Source: a virus. Taken from it: a DNA stretch of 64,000 nucleotides. The position numbers were made by a program, and so were the translations under genes. Positions 58,233-64,000 of this stretch are shown here, piece after piece (the first letter of the stretch is position 1; every line of letters begins with the position of its first letter). The stretch lies in the IMG/VR virus record IMGVR_UViG_3300017917_001573, positions 1 to 64,000 of that record. One strand, 5' to 3'. The notes beneath the pieces are model-generated. The model searched no databases, was not told where the DNA came from, and was given only the letters and a program-made list of their open reading frames with translations.

Positions 58233-61200
58233 ATGTGTGGTACAGACGAAGCTAAAGAAAACCTTATTCTACAGGTTCAAAAAATAATTCCAAACTTTAA
58301 ACATTTAAATCCTGCTTTTAAACAAGAGCAGGATTTAATCATTGTTGATCAACGTAATCAATCCGAGTTGTATGCTGCTATTGAAGCATCTAACACAACA
58401 CTATTTCAATTAACCAATATTGAAAATATAATTGGTGAACCACGATTTCATAAACCTGGTAAAGTAGAATTACCTTTAAATCTTACACCAAAAAATATTA
58501 GAAATAGGTACATTCAACTTGAACAACAAAGAGATCCTCAACTTTCAGATGAATTACAAGAAGCATACGATTTAGCAAAAAAGGAATTTGCTGAAAAAGA
58601 ATCATTCGATTATATCGTAGATGGTGATGTAAAACCTATTTATGATAATATGGAAAGTAAAACTGTTCAATCAAGTATAAAAGTATTTCGACACTTGTCC
58701 ATTAAAGAAGGTTCTACACTTGAACCATTACCATTTACAGATAGATTGGCTTCTATATTTGGTGATAGAAAGAAAATGAGTGTTAAAGAAATTATTAATG
58801 AAATGATTCAAAACACCAAAGTAAATGATGCACATGGTTATCACAATATCATGTACAACTTCATTTCAAATCACATTGGTGATTTTGATGTATACATCAA
58901 ACCCTTAAAGAAAACTGTTCGAGGACAATATGTATACAGTATGTCTGGTGAAAGAATTGAACTAAATATAGATGGTGTAAACGAACGTGTTTTTCTACAT
59001 GAACTTATGCATGCTGCTACTGCAAGAATTCTTAGAGTATATGAATCAAATCCTGAACAGTTAACAGCTGATCAAAAGAATGCTATTTCTGAACTACAAA
59101 CTATTTTCTCTGAACTATTGGAACAAAAACCATCTTTGGGTAAACAATATGGTTTTACTAACTTAGATGAATTTATTGCAGAATTCTTTTCAAATGATTC
59201 ATTTAGAGAATCAGTTGGAAATATGAAGTTATCTAAATCTTATAAAATTAGATACAAACTTGCAGAACTAATTGGTAGACTATTGGGTTTCTTAAATTTT
59301 GAACCATATACTAAAAAAGTAGGAGTTGTTGTTATTGATAGAGTATTGATGTTGGCACAAGGTAATTCTGCATACAATACAGATGTAGAAGTAGAACTTC
59401 AATCTATTTCTCAAAATGAAGAATGGGATATACCATTGGATCAAAATGGAAAACAAGAAGATTTCTACGAAAACTCTAATACTAAAGAACGTAGAAAGCG
59501 TATTACTTCTGCAAACAATGGTTTGTTAAATCTAATGGCTAACAAGACCAATACAGAAGATTATTTAGTATCCATCAACTATACAGAAGATGAAATAAAA
59601 AATAATGTTGAAAAAGTAACTACACGTTTTCCTAATAAAAAACTTACACCTACTGCATTTAGAGAAGAACTTAAAAAGTTTTCCAAAATAGATCAGTTGC
59701 AAGGTAGTATTAGAGAGTTATTGATTCAATTTGATATTACTAAACAACAAGAACTAAAAGATAAAGCAGACAGACTAATTGAAGAATTACAACAATTAGA
59801 TCCAGAAAAAGTGGTAGACATGTCTTTTTTAAATAGAGGTAGTGAATTTAACGTTCTGGATGAACTATACAAAAAAATAGGATATACTGGTCAACGTACA
59901 GATGTTCCTGCTGAAAAAAGAAACAATATGAATTTTGGTGTAAAAGTTACATCAAAAACATTAGGTTATATGGGTACACTTGACTTTGTTATTGATAAAC
60001 CAGATGGTTCAGTTTCATTTATAGAAATGAAAACAGGTAACTCTTTTCTTAAAGAAAAATCATTTGTATCTCTTTATTTACATGGTATTGCAGAAGGTGT
60101 TCCTATCAGTAATTTGAACAATGCTCAACTACAATTGATGTGGTATATGTTTTTGTACAAGCTACAAAATCCTAGTAAAACAATTTCAAGTGGTAAAATA
60201 TTGTATGCTAATAGTGGAAAAACAATTGAATCTAGTGATGCTGTATTTGAATTAGAAAATGATGTATTTATCAAATTGATTCATAATTTCTTATTAGATA
60301 CTAAATTCTTAACCGACAATGGTTTTCCACAAGATTTGTATGAAAAATTGGAACAAGAATATATTGCAAATGGTGGTAAATCATTTGATGAATTGTTCAT
60401 GCCTCAAACATACTACAATGATAGTCCTGAAATTGATTTAAATACTTCAACATTATCAGCAGATGATATTATTGAACAAAGTGAAAAAGATATTCTATAT
60501 AATTCAAAAGGTCTACCATTATCGAAAGGTTCCGAAACTATATATAAAGAACAAAAAGAAACACTTGCTAATAAAGCTCTTGTAGTATTGAGAAGATATT
60601 CTTCTGAGGCATTGGATTATTCTAGTGCTAATTCTCCATTTAGATTGTTGTATCAAATGAATGATTGGAACCAATCTACACTTCAAGCCTTTTCTTTGTA
60701 TACAGAAAAGAATAGACAATTATATAGTAAAGAATTAACTGAACGTTTGACTACTGTTGAGAATTTTAGAAAGAAAATCTTTGGTAGTAATATGAAAGGT
60801 TTTGTATGGAATTCTAAAAAAACATATGGTCATTTATTTACGGAACATGTTGTATTAGATAGTGAAGGTAATGAATTGAGAAAAGAAAAACGTTTATTGC
60901 ATGCAAATGAAACTGATCCTGAAAATAAAGCTAGATGGAATAGTTTATCACCACAAGAAAAAGAATTCTTAGATTACTATCATAGACGAATGAAATATTA
61001 TTATCATCCTGAAACAGGTTTGTTTGCACAAAAGAATATCAATGATATTACAATGTCTAAACAAAACATTTCTGATATTGATGTAATAAATAAAACAGTT
61101 CGTTCAACAGACCCTTTTGTATACTACGAAGGTTGGTATCCTAAAGTAGTTTTAAAGGATACGAATGAAATTTCTGAAAACCTAAACATGCAAGGTGCTA

Positions 61201-63083
61201 AAGAAAAAATCAAATCTATTGCAAAAGATATTCGTAACAAATTTCTATTAACAGAAAAGAAATCTGAAGTAGCTTCTCAACCATTGGCATTGTTGTATCT
61301 AGGTTCACCATATGCTCTAAATAATCTAAGTGATATTTATTCAGTGGATCCATTTTATGCACTTTCTGAATTGGAAAATGCTAACTTGTATAAGAAACAC
61401 ATGGAAAAAGTGTTTCACGTAGGTAGAGCATTAACACTAGGTTTTTCTGAAAATACACATACAGATAGATATGGATTGGCTACTAAAACATCAGAAGATA
61501 TTTCAAGATGGTTAAAAGATTGGTTAGATGTAAATGTTTTAAAACTTCGATCTAAAACAGAATTGTCTAGTCCAATTAACTTTGCTAAAAATAAAAAAGA
61601 AGAAGATGGTTCTACTAAACAAAAACAATATGAAGTAAATGTATCAGGTCTTGTAAATACTACAACATCTCTTTCAGCAAATGCATTGATGACATTTCGT
61701 ATATTTGGTGCAGTAGGTAACTTTACTACTTCTCAAATGCTAAACTTTAGAAAACGTATTAGCAACCAAGTTTTAAAATCATTGGGTACAGATGAATCAT
61801 ACTTAGATTATTCTTTTGGTAAAGGTCAAGGATATTTCAAGTCAAATTCTAAAACAGTAGCTTATCTCAAAGATTCTATAACAGGTAACTTAGAGAATAA
61901 TACTATGCATCATTTAGCATTGCTTTGCAATATTCCAGTTGCATTTGATGTATCTGAGAAAATGGATAACCTTGTAAAAAGTAAAAAGTCATCTATTACA
62001 AGTATTTGGGACAAAGCAAAATATTCTATGTTGAATGCATCTGAAAATGCAAACACTGTACATATGTTTAGTGCATACTTACATAACATCAAAGTTAATG
62101 GTACACCTATCATAAACTATTATGATATGTTTGAACAAACAGAAGATGGTCAGTTAGCAGATACAGAACACAATAGAACATTACTACAACAAAAGATTCA
62201 AGAATTTGGTAAAGAAAATGTAGATATTACATTGGTTCCAGGTACAGCAACAGGCAAAGTTGCAACATACTTTGGACCTATCAGGTTTAAACAAAAAATA
62301 TCTTCTGGTGGTGCTACATCTTATATAGATGTTAGAGGTTTAACTACAGAAGAAATTGCAAAAGCTAAAGCTATTTATGACAGAGCGCATGGTGAATACC
62401 GTGATAAAATGGCTATGGAAGTAAATGGTCTTGCTACTATGTTTACTATGTTGCATAGATTCTTCCCTCGTATTCTAAAAAACATTTTTGAACAACGTAA
62501 ATCACTCGCTTCAATGGGTAGATATGAAACTGTATATGATGAACTTTTACAACAAGATGTAAAAGTATGGGTCAATGGTACAGTTGAAGGTTCTCTTAGA
62601 ATGTTTGTAAGTTTATTGATGATGTTTGGTACAAATGGTGGAATTAATGGTGTTAAGAAATATTGGAATACACTAGACATTGAACAAAAGAAACATTTAA
62701 TGGGAGCATTGGTTGGTGTTGCTCAATGGATTGCTGCATATGGAATTTATGTTTTAGCATTCTCTGATGATGATGATGATAACTATATTAAAAAATGGTT
62801 TAAGCGTTATACAGTAGATAACCCACTTCAAGATATTAACCCTAACTCTTTGTTAGAATCAGCTAAATCAGTAACTGTTCCAGTACCAGTAGATATTCTA
62901 CATAGATTTACATCTGGTTCTACAGAAATTATGTTTGCTACAGGAAACTATTTAATTGGTAATGATGAAGAAGCTTTTACTCAACGTGGTGATTTAAGAG
63001 GTTGGAACAACTTTAAGAAAACACTTCCTAATGCATCTTGGGCATTTGACTTAGTAGATAAATTAGAAACTATTGGTGAATAA
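58233..63083 (+). CDS. Giant cargo protein with zincin protease, PD-(D/E)xK nuclease-like domain and C-terminal TM segments
   Basis: LHELMH...DEFIAE; GTLDFVIDKPDGSVSFIEMKTG...QL.WY; hydrophobic C-terminal helices. Confidence 0.78.
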   Translation: MCGTDEAKENLILQVQKIIPNFKHLNPAFKQEQDLIIVDQRNQSELYAAIEASNTTLFQLTNIENIIGEPRFHKPGKVELPLNLTPKNIRNRYIQLEQQRDPQLSDELQEAYDLAKKEFAEKESFDYIVDGDVKPIYDNMESKTVQSSIKVFRHLSIKEGSTLEPLPFTDRLASIFGDRKKMSVKEIINEMIQNTKVNDAHGYHNIMYNFISNHIGDFDVYIKPLKKTVRGQYVYSMSGERIELNIDGVNERVFLHELMHAATARILRVYESNPEQLTADQKNAISELQTIFSELLEQKPSLGKQYGFTNLDEFIAEFFSNDSFRESVGNMKLSKSYKIRYKLAELIGRLLGFLNFEPYTKKVGVVVIDRVLMLAQGNSAYNTDVEVELQSISQNEEWDIPLDQNGKQEDFYENSNTKERRKRITSANNGLLNLMANKTNTEDYLVSINYTEDEIKNNVEKVTTRFPNKKLTPTAFREELKKFSKIDQLQGSIRELLIQFDITKQQELKDKADRLIEELQQLDPEKVVDMSFLNRGSEFNVLDELYKKIGYTGQRTDVPAEKRNNMNFGVKVTSKTLGYMGTLDFVIDKPDGSVSFIEMKTGNSFLKEKSFVSLYLHGIAEGVPISNLNNAQLQLMWYMFLYKLQNPSKTISSGKILYANSGKTIESSDAVFELENDVFIKLIHNFLLDTKFLTDNGFPQDLYEKLEQEYIANGGKSFDELFMPQTYYNDSPEIDLNTSTLSADDIIEQSEKDILYNSKGLPLSKGSETIYKEQKETLANKALVVLRRYSSEALDYSSANSPFRLLYQMNDWNQSTLQAFSLYTEKNRQLYSKELTERLTTVENFRKKIFGSNMKGFVWNSKKTYGHLFTEHVVLDSEGNELRKEKRLLHANETDPENKARWNSLSPQEKEFLDYYHRRMKYYYHPETGLFAQKNINDITMSKQNISDIDVINKTVRSTDPFVYYEGWYPKVVLKDTNEISENLNMQGAKEKIKSIAKDIRNKFLLTEKKSEVASQPLALLYLGSPYALNNLSDIYSVDPFYALSELENANLYKKHMEKVFHVGRALTLGFSENTHTDRYGLATKTSEDISRWLKDWLDVNVLKLRSKTELSSPINFAKNKKEEDGSTKQKQYEVNVSGLVNTTTSLSANALMTFRIFGAVGNFTTSQMLNFRKRISNQVLKSLGTDESYLDYSFGKGQGYFKSNSKTVAYLKDSITGNLENNTMHHLALLCNIPVAFDVSEKMDNLVKSKKSSITSIWDKAKYSMLNASENANTVHMFSAYLHNIKVNGTPIINYYDMFEQTEDGQLADTEHNRTLLQQKIQEFGKENVDITLVPGTATGKVATYFGPIRFKQKISSGGATSYIDVRGLTTEEIAKAKAIYDRAHGEYRDKMAMEVNGLATMFTMLHRFFPRILKNIFEQRKSLASMGRYETVYDELLQQDVKVWVNGTVEGSLRMFVSLLMMFGTNGGINGVKKYWNTLDIEQKKHLMGALVGVAQWIAAYGIYVLAFSDDDDDNYIKKWFKRYTVDNPLQDINPNSLLESAKSVTVPVPVDILHRFTSGSTEIMFATGNYLIGNDEEAFTQRGDLRGWNNFKKTLPNASWAFDLVDKLETIGE

Positions 63084-63106
63084 TTTAAAAGTCTGTTGTA
63101 TATTTG
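63073..63106 (+). promoter_or_regulatory. Possible Bacteroidota-type promoter
   Basis: TATATTTG 63099-63106 with TTG upstream. Confidence 0.5.
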
Positions 63107-63142
63107 TATCACTTAAACAAGTAAACATTTAAACTTAAAATA

Positions 63143-63481
63143 ATGGAAGAAAAAGATCAACCAGAAGTACAAATGGAAGAATCTACAATGGTAGAAGAAA
63201 ATCCAACTGCTAATACACCAGAAACAGAAGAAGATCCAATTATTGGTTATAATATTGATGATGCAGCTAGTGTTACACTTTCTGGTAAACAATTTAAATT
63301 GTTTAATGCAGCACTTATGATGAGTCAAACATTGATGCAACAATATGTTCAACAACGTTTGATTAACGAAATGCCAGCTCAACAAGAAATGGATGAAGTT
63401 GTAAAGAATCTGAAAAAGATTGGTAAACTAAAACCCATTCGACAATCAGATACAATTAAAAAATCTGAACCAGTTAATTAA
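63143..63481 (+). CDS. Hypothetical protein, last gene of rightward block
   Basis: 112-aa ORF with A-rich leader. Confidence 0.75.
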   Translation: MEEKDQPEVQMEESTMVEENPTANTPETEEDPIIGYNIDDAASVTLSGKQFKLFNAALMMSQTLMQQYVQQRLINEMPAQQEMDEVVKNLKKIGKLKPIRQSDTIKKSEPVN

Positions 63482-63482
63482 T

Positions 63483-63517
63483 AAAAAAGGGAGTTATTAA
63501 ACTCCCTTTTTCTTTTT
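63483..63517. terminator. Bidirectional terminator at convergence point
   Basis: AAAAAAGGGAGTT-ATTA-AACTCCCTTTTT. Confidence 0.85.
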
Positions 63518-63841
63518 ATGAATACTTTGTAATTTGTCCTTCTTATATTGTTGTATCTCTACTTTATTTAATCCGTTGTTAGTATATAAGATTTCTAGTC
63601 TTGCTTGAATATCTGCGATCTCTTTATGTATTTCTTGTATACTAGAAGAAGGATGATTATTCACATACTGAATAATTGCTAAAGCTGTTTCTGAACATTC
63701 TTCGGCAAGTTTCAATAAATCAAATGTACAATCCACTTTTAGTATGTGATTTTCTTTGTCTATCTTAATTTCATCCCAACCTTGTAATTGTCTAAATTTA
63801 TGATTAGGGTTCATTTCTTCACTTTCTTGAGTTATGTTCAT
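63497..63841 (-). CDS. MazG-like nucleotide pyrophosphohydrolase (start may be 63814)
   Basis: KLAEECSE...EIADI all-alpha NTP-PPase motif. Confidence 0.7.
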   Translation of the reverse strand: MNITQESEEMNPNHKFRQLQGWDEIKIDKENHILKVDCTFDLLKLAEECSETALAIIQYVNNHPSSSIQEIHKEIADIQARLEILYTNNGLNKVEIQQYKKDKLQSIHKKKKGV

Positions 63842-64000
63842 CTTGAATATATTTCTGTTTCATTTTTTCTAAATACAAGATTGCATCCATATGTTCTTCT
63901 TGTGCATGGTTAATCCATTCTACCATACTCAAATCATCTCTATCTAATGTTACACTATATTTAGCAATACCTATTTCAGAACGTTGTTTAAACTTATTTA
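63819..64000 (-). CDS. Partial conserved phage all-alpha NTP-pyrophosphatase-like protein
   Basis: Manually read ...RSEIGIAKYSVTLDRDDLSMVEWINHAQEEHMDAILYLEK...; stop TGA at 63819. Confidence 0.75.
   Translation of the reverse strand, partial: NKFKQRSEIGIAKYSVTLDRDDLSMVEWINHAQEEHMDAILYLEKMKQKYIQDEHNSRK

Noticed and set aside
41294-63083. Cargo genes as one frameshifted or intron-split giant gene
   Set aside because: Each has a clean TAA stop and a new ATG start; no slippery site or intron structure seen at the junctions
2070-63385. Numerous short minus-strand and off-frame ORFs within long genes
   Set aside because: Fully nested in well-supported genes; S/L/F/I-rich shadow translations typical of AT-rich DNA
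1-64000. Stop-codon reassignment as in some crAss-like phages
   Set aside because: All large genes are intact under the standard code

Overview
AT-rich 64 kb segment of a crAss-like (Crassvirales-type) podophage genome, almost certainly infecting a Bacteroidota host. Evidence for the host: Bacteroidota TTTG/TAnnTTTG promoters and A-rich translation starts without Shine-Dalgarno. A ~1.1 kb structured non-coding divergence region (771-1845) separates leftward genes from one long rightward block. That block runs: Acb2/Tad1-like protein, RepL-like, PhoH, IHF-like, GroES-like and ferritin-like genes; intein-containing terminase; portal; scaffold; major capsid; ring and auxiliary capsid proteins; tail fibre; a lysis cassette (amidase, GAF-type holin, small holin, u-spanin-like lipoprotein); tail hub/fibres; a metallophosphoesterase moron; rings; muzzle; and six giant ejection/cargo proteins including the virion RNA polymerase (DFDVD). 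It converges on leftward MazG-like genes at the right edge. The standard genetic code fits. Most notable observations: (i) a promoter-driven, ORF-less, multi-pseudoknot/switch RNA and a separate sRNA; (ii) terminal cysteines that pair head-to-tail across consecutive cargo proteins; (iii) a direct-repeat-bounded swappable domain cassette inside a cargo protein; (iv) an L,D-transpeptidase plus peptidoglycan-binding module in a cargo protein; (v) a stand-alone candidate immune-signal sponge. All calls come from motif recognition by eye; no database searches were run.
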